From assembly GCA_030141605.1 (NCBI GenBank), contig JAQGDQ010000104.1, forward strand, positions 372,001 through 436,000: DNA of 64,000 bases. The letters run 5' to 3'. Source of the stretch: Tubiluchus corallicola (lineage: Eukaryota; Animalia; Priapulida). Of this stretch, positions 1 to 11,390 are shown piece after piece. The translations under genes and the position numbers were made by a program. Position 1 is the first letter of the stretch. The number at the start of each line of letters is the position of its first letter. The notes beneath the pieces were generated by a model. That model was not told the origin of the DNA, ran no database searches, and saw only the letters and a program-made list of their open reading frames with translations.

Positions 1-45
1 CCAAAGTTTAAGAATTCTTGCTAGTAACAGCACTGTTAGCAAACT

Positions 46-360
46 AGTATAGTATGGTATGGTATGGTATGGTATGGTATGGTATGGTATGGTATGGTAT
101 GGTATGGTATGGTATGGTATGGTATTTTATGGTATGTAATGGTATGGTATGGTATGGTATGGTATGGTATGGTATGGTATGGTATGGTATGGTATGGTAT
201 GGTATGGTATGGTATGGTATGGTATGGTATGGTATGGTATGGTATGGTATGGTATGGTATGGTAAGGTATGGTATGGTATGGTATGGTATGGTATGGTAT
301 GGTATGGTATGGTATGGTATGGTATGGTATGGTATGGTATGGTATAGTATAGTATAGTAT
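46..360. repeat. (ATGGT)n/(ATAGT)n pentanucleotide microsatellite
   Basis: About 60 ATGGT units ending in ATAGT units. Paralogous arrays occur at 5503-5646 and, vestigially, at 10803-10822. Confidence 0.97.
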
Positions 361-471
361 TACTATAGTTTTTTGAGAAATCTCAAACTCCATGTTGTGC
401 TAACTAGAAATACGAATTTAGGATTGAAATGCGAATTGTGAAGTCTATGAAGGAGCAAGTTCCAGACAACT

Positions 472-781
472 AAGTCGCTAGCGTTCAGTTCTAGTTTTCT
501 TGCAACCCGCTTCCTCACACACAAACCCACATGGTGCACTTGTAAAGCACCAATTATGAAATTAAGGGATATTTATTTGGAAAAACAAAGAACAGTAATC
601 TGTTGAGGTACAAAAAGCCAAATTACATTTTCAGCCACAAAAGTCGCTAGTGTTCAGTTCTAGTTTCCTGGCTACCCGCTTCCCCACACACAAATACACA
701 CGGTGTATTTATAAAGCACCCGTTATGAAATTAAGAGACATTTATTTGGCTAATCAAAGACAGTAATGTGTTGAGATGCAA
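472..781. repeat. Degenerate ~169-bp direct repeat (2 copies, second one truncated)
   Basis: AAGTCGCTAG(C/T)GTTCAGTTCTAGTTT starts at 472 and 641. The same pair occurs at ~5759/5928 and ~10936/11105, where the second copy is complete. Confidence 0.85.
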
Positions 782-1823
782 TTATAATTATTAGCTTAGA
801 GGGGAATTATTGGACGAACTCAACAGGCAAAACTTTCGTCTACTTGGCTTCCATCACATGATATATTAAAGCATAAAACGGTGTCATTTAACATACAGCT
901 AAAATTTGATTTCAAAACAGGTATTTCATCAAACAGCACAACTAATTTTTTATAAAAATTGAACATAATTGATAATAAAATTATACGGTTTAGGAATTAG
1001 TTAGAATTAATCTGGTTAATAAGAAGCCTGGGCGTCACACTGGGTAAAGATTAATGTCCAAGAGCCAGAGCCATCTTGAACATTATTTCGTCTGTGCTTC
1101 AAGAACCACAAAATGTATGAAGACGAAATCGATTTTGCCCATGGATAGGCAGTATGGCGGACATTACTGACTGCGAATAAGACGTCGTCACCTGCATTAT
1201 TTGGCAACAGCAAAAAGAAAACCCTCACAATGACAGTGCTGTACACTTTCTAAAATTTCAATCATATTTAAGGTCTCAAAAAAACGCCAGCTCCTTACCA
1301 CTAGTGAATTGATAGGACAATCGTCACTCCTCGCAATCTTTACAGGTGGCGCTTCTTGCAGGAGTAACTGCTTCTCAAACATGGACAACATATTTTGACG
1401 ATTTTCGGTCATGCCTCAGGCGGGTCAAAGGGTCACGACCCGAAATTGTTAGCTAAGATGGCACTCAACCCTAGCTACAAGCACGCCAAATTTCGTGGAA
1501 TATATCTGCCTAGTTTTTGAGTTGTTCCACAAAGATGCGTATCTCGGAAACTAAACATCGCAAAACGAAAATAACAGCTGATTCTGAGTGTTAAATTTTC
1601 GACCGGACATCATTTTCAGCCGTTTTCTGGCTAATTAAAACTGGACTCGTAATATTGGCGCAGTGCATCAGATTCTTCATTTCATTGTGAATCCAATGAT
1701 ATGTGGCACGTTTTTGTAGGACTCATATCTTCCGTTCACAAAGCGTTCAAATGAAAACATGTCGATACCAAAGATATCATTCTTTACCTACACATTTAGG
1801 TAAGTTAAGTCTTCGTTACCACA

Positions 1824-1965
1824 CTGGCGAAAAGATAGGCTGGCAAAAAAGAGGACAGGCGAAAAAGTAGACTGGCGAAAAATAGTGGACTGGCAAAAAG
1901 GAAGACTGGAGAAAAAGAGGACTGGCAAAAAACGTAGACTGGCAAAAAGATAACTGGCAAAACGA
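1824..1965 (+). repeat. Degenerate ~19-bp tandem repeat (GACTGGCRAAAA core), arm of a foldback-like element
   Basis: About 7 copies of CTGGC(G/A)AAAA, duplicated at ~7111-7250. The same motif forms inverted arms at 20150-20490 and 21165-21335. Confidence 0.75.
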
Positions 1966-2040
1966 CATGCAATCTAATTAAAGGATGGGGAGGTAGCACA
2001 TGAATAATTTAATGGCTTTATATTTTCAATGATGTTGCCA

Positions 2041-2061
2041 GTGACGTAATTAGCATTATCT
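2041..2061 (+). promoter_or_regulatory. Conserved upstream element GTGACGTAATTAGCATTATCT (bZIP-like TGACGTAA overlapping TAATTA)
   Basis: Identical 21-mer upstream of A1 (2041), A2 (7326) and the diverged A3 (17091), although the flanks have diverged. Confidence 0.45.
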
Positions 2062-2520
2062 ATAACCTCCAACCAAGGTAACATTCTGTTTAACGAAGAC
2101 AATGCATTTAAAAATACAAAAATCAACAAAAGAGATTTTTGGAATGCAATAATACCTTTTCCATACTACATTCGTGATGGTATAACTATAATTAGCAAAG
2201 CCAAGTTTGTTCCAGGGAAGTATGAGAGGCAGTTTCAGAATTCTAGATTGAATTGAATTTATATTGAATTTCATTATTACATTTGTGCAACAGTGCAATC
2301 AAGGCCACACTTTCTACACAAACTTAGACAGCCTCACAGGAGAATTAGAAATAGCACAATACGTTGATTTCTTACCTGGATGTGCACTTTTTGTGCTGAT
2401 CGTTTCACACTAAAATTAATGTCTGTGTAACTAGATTAAATTTAACAATTACAGCTGAAGGATACTTTACTTATTATTTAGGAGAAATTATAGCCATCAA
2501 CTTGTGAAAGTATTGTCATC

Positions 2521-4156
2521 ATGATTTACACTAGAGGTATATGCCTTGGCGTTGCAGCTGTCATAGTAACGATGGTAAATTTCAAAGCAACACTGGCCTT
2601 AAACGTGTGCCAGGATGCATTTCCTGAAAACAAAGAAGTGATGATAACTGAAAACAACAAGGCAGGGTCAAACGTGGAACTCTTCGATCGAAATCCAGCG
2701 TATATAATAAGGCCTACATCTCCCAATCAGCTCTATAAAGTAGAATGCAAATATAAATCACAGTTGCCTAATGGAATCAGTAAGTACGCCTACTATCTTA
2801 TACTAAAACAGGACGTATCAAAATTTCTCAAATCACAGAGGTCGTCAGATAGAAAAGAGGTGATGGAAATACACCTAAAATGCATCAAAGTGTCAAATAT
2901 ATTCGAACCTGATGACATGGTAGTGAAAGTTAAGATTAAAGTGAACAACAATTATGCACCAAATCTTGCAGAGGGTACACTGACCAGATATTCCTTAAAG
3001 GAGGACACCTTAGTTGGAACAAGAGTAGCACACTTTACAACCGTCGATAGTGACCTGGTGGCACCAACCAATTTTTTTACGGGTTGCTGGCAAAAGGAGA
3101 GTAACTCCAAGTTCGAAACGAAACCCCTACAAGGTACTAGGGAGTGTGAGATATTCTTGCAAGAAGAATTGAACTATGACCAGCAGGCACAGCATAAGGT
3201 AACTGTCGTTATAAGAGATACAGCTCCACGTAATCAAAATACTTCAGCTGGTGGTGCGATTCCACGGGAAACAACCAGCACATTTACTTTTGATGTAGTA
3301 GAATCCAAGGTAAATCCCGTGTTTGACGCAGAAATGTATTATGCCACGATAAAAGGAAATGACATAGTGGGAACGATAGTAAACGTTGAGCCAAACAGAA
3401 TTTTGGCCTTGGATGGCAGAACGAGGAAACAGGATGGAAACATAACATATAGTCTGGAAATTGATGGTAAACCTTTTCGACTTGTCAATGCAGATAACAT
3501 AGAAGGACCTGATGAAACTACAGGAGACATAAAAATCATTGGAAGAATCACGGAAACCGAGTATTTTATGCCAATAAAGGCCTCTTATAGAAACCGAAAG
3601 CCAAACGAGCCTGAATACTACACTGCAATTACAGGTATACTCATTACTGTAGAACCTGAAGGAGCACCGCCAGCATTTACTCAGTCAAAGTACGCAGCTA
3701 CCGTACTGGAAAGCCTTCCAGTAGGTCGGGAGGTTCTGCTTCTGCAAACGCGAGACTCACTCCAGTCAAACGTCCCCAAATTTACTTACAGTCTGCAGAC
3801 GAATACTGACAATCCATGAGTATTTCGTCATTCATGATAAAACAGGTTTTATTACGAGCACAGATCTGGTGGTAACTTTGCAACTGGGAAAATACAGTCT
3901 CATTGTCCTTGCCTGTGTGGCAGGGAATCCAGAAATTGGGGAAGACGAGAGGTGTAGCGCTGTTCAAGTAATTGTCACAATTGTAGAGAAAATTGAAGGT
4001 TGGATAGAGACTTTGCGTGACGAGCCATCAAATGCACGAAGTTATCGCCTGAATGAGGTTCTCATACTCAGTGCATTTGCAGCAGCTTTGTTCTGCATCA
4101 TGTGCATTTTGACCTACCTGATTACCTTGTACCGCCGCCATATGATGGATACTTAA
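2521..4156 (+). pseudogene. Atypical cadherin-like gene A1, frameshifted by an internal deletion (ORF 2521-3819, 432 aa; TM part out of frame, ending 4156)
   Basis: Signal peptide and cadherin motifs (LKEDTLVGT, LNYDQQ, NPVF, VLESLPVG). The junction AATCC|ATGAG at ~3815 removes the equivalent of A2 9101-9445 and gives an immediate stop. Confidence 0.88.
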
Positions 4157-5502
4157 TGAAATGTATTCCTCTGCATCTAAACAAACAGACATTTTTGGGT
4201 ATTTTAGTTGTTAATTACAACATTCCTTTTGATAACAATATTAAGTTTAAGGTTTATATTACAACAGTCAGCTGTTTTAGGTTCGTCAGTTTTGTGAGTG
4301 TCTGCAGTCTGACTGATTCGTGCCTCACAATTCTCAGCTGTTTGCAGTGTTTCGCCTATAATTGTGCTTGCTTATACGAGTCACATTTTGAAACACTTAG
4401 TTACGTAATAAAATTTGCAGTCAAAACTCTTTCAAATTTCTGTCATATTTCTGATTATAATTATTATTTCTGGAAAATATTATTCATTATTATTCATTAT
4501 AATTCATTTGTTATAGGGCTACTGATCTCCTTTGTGAACAAGTAAATTCCCCGTTTCTTTAAATTTGTATTTGTATTTATCATGTACAATCTGCCAGTGT
4601 ATAGAACTTCCGTGTTAGAGCTCACACTTGCAGCAACTTTGGACGGCCACTCAGTAAACTCTCTGACTAGCTCGTACTCAGTCTCTGGCAAGACAGACTC
4701 TTAAACTGCTTTTAAGAAATAAAAATTCACAATTGTTAACGTGATTCTGAGACAAGGATCGAAAAACTTCCAGTGCGTTTTAATGCTCACTCGACCAAAT
4801 TAATGAAAAATATAGAAATTTTTGCTTTTGATTAAGAATGCACGTTATGTAACATAAAATAGCTGCTACTCCAAGTGTTAGTCTTATATTTGCATAAAAT
4901 GGGTTGTATCACTGCTTCACCATTCTTGCTTCCATCAGTATTTCGTGTGCAGCACATACAAGTTGCTTAGATAAGTAACGTTATGAAAAGCAACATAAAT
5001 TTTAAACTGAGTTCGTAAAGGTTACTCAAACTACATGTTATGTTATGCTGTTATGTTGCACGCGAAATGTTGACAGCAGTAAGTATTTAGTCAACTGGAG
5101 CGAGAAATACTTTCCTGTATCTAGTACAAGTTCCAAAAGTGTCAACCAGCCCCAATGAGGCAGCGAACGAGGATTCACAAAATTTGAGCTTACTGGACAC
5201 TGTAATTTGTAGCAAAATATAAAGAAAGTGCATGACCAGTCTCACGTATCCAGACCAGTGCCTTGAACCCAAATGACCACGTACAATTTTTTTGTGCCAA
5301 ACGGTCACCTCCAAGTGACCTGTCCCTTTGACTGTATCGAAGGGAATTATTGTTTGTTCTTCAGCCAATCTCTCGTGTGTTATGCCAGACGGCCATTTTA
5401 AAACTCTCGGTAGCATCTATAGTTCTGGGTGAAGGTTAATGAAAAATTTACAGTTTATCAAAGTTTGAGAATTCTTGCTAGAAACAGCATTGTTAGCAAA
5501 CT

Positions 5503-5646
5503 AGTATAGTATGGTATGGTATGGTATGGTATGGTATGGTATGGTATGGTATGGTATGGTATGGTATGGTATGGTATGGTATGGTATGGTATGGTATGGT
5601 ATAGTATAGTATAGTATAGTATAGTATAGTATAGTATAGTATAGTA
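5503..5646. repeat. (ATGGT)n(ATAGT)n microsatellite
   Basis: Direct reading; paralog of 46-360. Confidence 0.95.
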
Positions 5647-6068
5647 TTACTATAGTTTTTTGAGAAATCTCAAACTCCATGTTGTGCTAACTAGAAATAC
5701 GAATTTAGGATTGAAATGCGAATTGTGAAGTCTATGAAGGAGCAAGTTCCAGAAAACTAAGTCGCTAGCGTTCAGTTCTAGTTTTCTTGTAACCCGCTTC
5801 CTCACACACAAACCCACATGGTGCACTTGTAAAACACCAATTATGAAATTAAGGGATATTTATTTGGAAAAACAAAGAACAGTAATCTGTTGAGGTACAA
5901 AAAGCCAAATTACATTTTCAGCCACAAAAGTCGCTAGTGTTCAGTTCTAGTTTCCTGGCTACCCGCTTCCCCACACACAAATACACACGGTGTATTTATA
6001 AAGCACCCGTTATGAAATTAAGAGACATTTATTTGGCTAATCAAAGACAGTAATGTGTTGAGATGCAA

Positions 6069-9000
6069 TTATAATTATTAGCTTAGAGGGGAATTATTGG
6101 ACGAACTCAACAGGCAAAACTTTCGTCTACTTGGCTTCCATCACATGATATATTAAAGCATAAAACGGTGTCATTTAACATACAGCTAAAATTTGATTTC
6201 AAAACAGGTATTTCATCAAACAGCACAACTAATTTTTTATAAAAATTGAACATAATTGATAATAAAATTATACGGTTTAGGAATTAGTTACAATTAATCT
6301 GGTTAATAACAAGCCTGAGCGTCACACTGGGTAAAGATTAATGTCCAAGAGCCAGAGCCATCTTGAACATTATTTCGTCTGTGCTTCAAGAACCACAAAA
6401 TGTATGAAGACGAAATCGATTTTGCCCATGGATAGGCAGTATGGCGGACATTACTGACTGCGAATAAGACGTCGTCACCTGCATTATTTGGCAACAGCAA
6501 AAAGAAAACCCTCACAATGACAGTGCTGTACACTTTCTAAAATTTCAATCATATTTAAGGTCTCAAAAAAACGCCAGCTCCTTACCACTAGTGAATTGAT
6601 AGGACAATCGTCACTCCTCGCAATCTTTACAGGTGGCGCTTCTTGCAGGAGTAACTGCTTCTCAAACATGGACAACATATTTTGACGATTTTCGGTCATG
6701 CCTCAGGCGGGTCAAAGGGTCACGACCCGAAATTGTTAGCTAAGATGGCACTCAACCCTAGCTACAATTACGCCAAATTTCGTGGAATATATCTGCCTAG
6801 TTTTTGAGTTGTTCCACAAAGATGCGTATCTCGGAAACTAAACATCGCAAAACGAAAATAACAGCTGATTCTGAGTGTTAAATTTTCGACCGGACATCAT
6901 TTTCAGCCGTTTTCTGGCTAATTAAAACTGGACTCGTAATATTGGCGCAGTGCATCAGATTCTTCATTTCATTGTGAATCCAATAATATGTGGCACGTTT
7001 TTGTAGGACTCATATCTTCCGTTCATAAAGCGTTCAAATGAAAACATGTCGATACCAAAGATATCATTCTTTACCTACACATTTAGGTAAGTTAAGTCTT
7101 CGTTACCACACTGGCGAAAAGATAGGCTGGCAAAAAAGAGGACATGCGAAAAGGTAGACTGGCGAAAACAGTGGACTGGCAAAAAGGAAGACTGGAGAAA
7201 AAGAGGACTGGCAAAAACGTAGACAGGCAAAAAGATAACTGGCAAAACGACATGCAATCTAATTAAAGGATGGGGAGGTAGCACATGAATAATTTAATGG
7301 CTTTATATTTTCAATGATGTTGCCAGTGACGTAATTAGCATTATCTATAACCTCCAACCAAGGTAACATTCTGTTTAACGAAGACAATGCATTTAAAAAT
7401 ACAAAAATCAACAAAAGAGATTTTTGGAATGCAATAATACCTTTTCCATACTACATTCGTGATGGTATAACTATAATTAGCAAAGCCAAGTTTGTTCCAG
7501 TTAAGTATGAGAGGCAGTTTCAGAATTCTAGATTGAATTGAATTTATATTGAATTTCATTATTACATTTGTGCACCAGTGCAATCAAGGCCACACTTACT
7601 ACACAAACTTAGACAGCCTCACATGAGAATTAGAAATAGCACAATACGTTGATTTCTTACCTGGATGTGCACTTTTTGTGCTGATCGTTTCACACTAAAA
7701 TTAATGTCTGTGTAACTCGATTAAATTTAACAATTACAGCTGAAGGATACTTTACTTATTATTTAGGAGAAATTATAGCCATCAACTTGTGAAAGTATTG
7801 TCATCATGATTTACACTAGAGGTATATGCCTTGGCGTTGCAGCTGTCATAGTAACGATGGTAAATTTCAAAGCAACACTGGCCTTAAACGTGTGCCAGGA
7901 TGCATTTCCTGAAAACAAAGAAGTGATGATAACTGAAAACAACAAGGCAGGGCCAAACGTGGAACTCTTCGATCGAAATCCAGCGTATATAATAAGGCCT
8001 ACATCTCCCAATCAGCTCTATAAAGTAGAATGCAAATATAAATCACAGTTGCCTAATGGAATCAGTAAGTACGCCTACTATCTTATACTAAAACAGGACG
8101 TATCAAAATTTCTCAAATCACAGAGATCATCAGATAGAAAAGAGGTGATGGAAATACACCTAAAATGCATCAAATTGTCAAATATATTAGAACCTGATGA
8201 CATGGTAGTGAAAGTTAAGATTAAAGTGAACAACAATTATGCACCAAATCTTGCAGAGGGTACACTGACCAGATATTCCTTAAAGGAGGACACCTTAGTT
8301 GGAACAAGAGTAGCACACTTTACAACCGTCGATAGTGACCTGATGGCACCAACCAATTCTTTTACGGGTTGCTGGCAAAAGGAGAGTAACTCCAAGTTCG
8401 AAACGAAACCCCTACAAGGTACTAGGGAGTGTGAGATATTCTTGCAAGAAGAATTGAACTATGACCAGCAGGCACAGCATAAGGTAACTGTCGTTATAAG
8501 AGATACAGCTCCACGTAATCAAAATACTTCAGCTGGTGGTGCGATTCCGTGGGAAACAACCAGCACATTTACTTTTGATGTAGTAGAATCCAAGGTAAAT
8601 CCCGTGTTTGACGCAGAAATGTATTATGCCACGATAAAAGGAAATGACATAGTAGGAACGATAGTAAACGTTGAGCCAAACAGAATTTTGGCCTTGGATG
8701 GCAGAACGAGGAAACAGGATGGAAACATAACATATAGTCTGGAAATTGATGGTAAACCTTTTCGACTTGTCAATGCAGATAACATAGAAGGACCTGATGA
8801 AACTACAGGAGACATAAAAATCATTGGAAGAATCACGGAAACCGAGTATTTTATGCCAGTCAAGGCCTCTTATAGAAACCGAAAGCCAAACAAGCCTGAA
8901 TACTACACTGCAATTACAGGTATACTCATTACTGTAGAACCTGAAGGAGCACCGCCAGCATTTACTCAGTCAAAGTACGCAGCTACCGTACTGGAAGGCC

Positions 9001-11245
9001 TTCCAGTAGGTCGGGAGGTGCTGCTTCTGCAAACCCGAGACTCAGTCCAGTCAAACATCCCCAAATTTACTTACAGTCTGCAGACGAATACTGGCAATCC
9101 TGTAACTGAGTTCATAGTAGACAGTAATGGCATTGTCAAAACTACTAAAGCACTAACTCCAGGGATTAAAAAATTTCGTGCAATTGCTACAGGTACAGAT
9201 GCGACCAGAACAGCTGATGTTGAGGTAACTGTGTTGAAAGAAACAAGAAAAAATCCAACATTTTCAAGTGCTATTTATATTTTATTTATTTATTGACCAT
9301 GGTCAATAATGACTTCAAATGGCTACATATGACTTCAAATTTGCTATTAATGTTTCTGAAGGTCAAGTCTCTTATGACGAAGGCAACCCTCCTATAGTAC
9401 GAGTGACATCTCAGGAAGATGTTACGTTTAAGATACTTACTATGGATGAGTATTTCGTCATTCATGATAAAACAGGTTTTATTACGAGCACAGATCTGGT
9501 GGTAACTTTGCAACTGGGAAAATACAGTCTCATTGTCCTTGCCTGTGCGGCAGGGAATACAGAAATTGGGGAAGACGAGAGGTGCAGCGCTGTTCAAGTA
9601 ATTGTCACAATTGTAGAGAAAATTGAAGGTTGGATAGAGGCTTTGCGTGACGAGCCATCAAATGCAGGAAGTTATCGCCTGAATGAGGTTCTCATACTCA
9701 GTGCATTTGCAGCAGCTTTGTTCAGCATCATATGCATTTTGACCTACCTGATTACCTTGTACCGCCGCCATATGATGGATACTTAATGAAATGTATTCCT
9801 CTGCATCTAAACAAACAGACATTTTTGGGTATTTTAGTTGTTAATTACAATGTTGCTTTTGATAACAATATTAAGTTTAAGGCTTATATTACAACAGTCA
9901 GCTGTTTTAGGTTCGTCAGTTTTGTGAGTGTCTGCAGTCTGACTGATTCGTGCTTCACAATTCTCAGCTATTTGCAATGTTTTGCCTATAATTGTGCTTG
10001 CTTATACGAGTCACATTTTGAAAAACTTAGTTACGTAATAAAATTTGCAGTCAAAAATCTTTCATATTTCTGTCATATTTCTGATTATAATTATTATTTC
10101 TGGAAAATATTAGTCATTATTATTCATTTGTTATAGGGCTACTGATTTCCTTGGTGAACAAGTAAATTCTCTGTTCCTTTAAATATATATTAATATTTAT
10201 CATGTACAATCTGCCAGTGTATAGAACTTCCGTTTTGCAGTTCACACTTGCAGCAACTTTGGACGGCCACTCAGTAAACTCTCTGACTAGCTCGTACTCA
10301 GTCTCTGACAAGGCAGACTCTTGAACTGCTTTTAAGAAATAAAAATTCACAATTGTTAACGTGATTCTGAGACAAGGATCGAAAAACTTCCAGTGCGTTT
10401 TAATGCTCACTCGACCAAATTAATGAAAAATATAGAAACTTTTGCTTTTAATTAAGAATGCACGTTATGTAACATAAAATAGCTGCTACTCCAAGTGTTA
10501 GTCTTATATTTGCATAAATGGGTTGTATCACTGCTTCACCATTCTTGCTTCCATCAGTATTTCGTGTGCAGCACATATAATTGGTTTAGATAAGTAACGT
10601 TATGAAAAGCAACATAAATTTTAAACTGAGTTTTGTTAAGGTTACTCAAACTACATGTTATGCTATTATGTTGCACGCGAAATGTTGACAGCAGACGGAG
10701 ATTTTAAAACTCTCGGTAGCATCTATAGGGTGAAGGTTAATGAAAAATTTACAGTTTACCAAAGTTTAAGAATCCTTGCTAGTAACTGCATTGTTAGCAA
10801 CCTAGTATAGTATAGTGTAGTATTACTATAGTTTTTTTGAGAAATCTCAAACTCCATTTTGTGCTAACTAGAAATTCAAATTTAGGGTTGAAATGCGAAT
10901 TGTGACGTCTATGAAGGAGCAAGGTCCAGAAAACTAAGTCGCTAGCGTTCAGTTCTAGTTTTCTTGCAACCCGCTTCCTCACACACAAACACACATGGTG
11001 CACTTGTAAAGCACCAATTATGAAATTAATGGATATTTATTTGGAAAAACAAAGAACAGTAATCTGTTGAGGTATAAAAAATAAAATTACATTTTGAGCC
11101 ACAAAAGTCGCTAATGTTCAGTTCTAGTTTTCGGGCAACCCGCTTCCCCACACACAAATACACACGGCGTATTTATAAAGCAGCAGTTATGAAATTAAGA
11201 GATATTTATTTGGCTAATCAAAGACAGTAATGTGTTGAGATGCAA
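6069..11245 (+). repeat. Tandem segmental duplication unit 2 (carries cadherin-like A2)
   Basis: Colinear with 782-6068. After GTTGAGATGCAA (11245) the sequence continues into the B1 3' flank instead of the junction sequence. Confidence 0.95.
7806..9786 (+). pseudogene. Atypical cadherin-like gene A2, interrupted by a 52-bp insertion (ORFs 7806-9296 and 9319-9786)
   Basis: Colinear with intact A3 except for the insertion at 9267-9318, which carries an in-frame TGA. The downstream ORF encodes the last domain, TM and RRHMMDT tail. Confidence 0.88.
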
Positions 11246-11390
11246 AAGATAAAATTATATTTTGAACCACAAATCCATTCATCATAAGCTGATTAAAGAG
11301 TAATAATATTTATCACATCAAACATTTCTTTACAAAAGTTTACAAGTATTTTTGATAACACCGGCGAGCAAGGAATGAACATCAATACGT

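Larger units (their letters stand above)
782..6068 (+). repeat. Tandem segmental duplication unit 1 (~5.3 kb, carries cadherin-like A1)
   Basis: Near-identical to 6069-11245. The same junction GTTGAGATGCAA|TTATAATT occurs at 781/782 and 6068/6069. Confidence 0.95.

Noticed and set aside
54-393. ORFs MVWYG... / IPYHT...
   Set aside because: Translations of the (ATGGT)n microsatellite.
1824-1965. Regularly spaced short repeats resembling a CRISPR array
   Set aside because: Degenerate ~19-bp tandem units without unique spacers, in eukaryotic DNA with no cas genes.
4102-4545. 147-aa ORF (and the 134-aa copy at 9732-10136)
   Set aside because: Overlaps the A 3' end and UTR; conserved only because of the recent duplication and not maintained behind A3.
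9268-9318. A2 insertion interpreted as a small intron
   Set aside because: It begins with GT but has no terminal AG that restores the reading frame.
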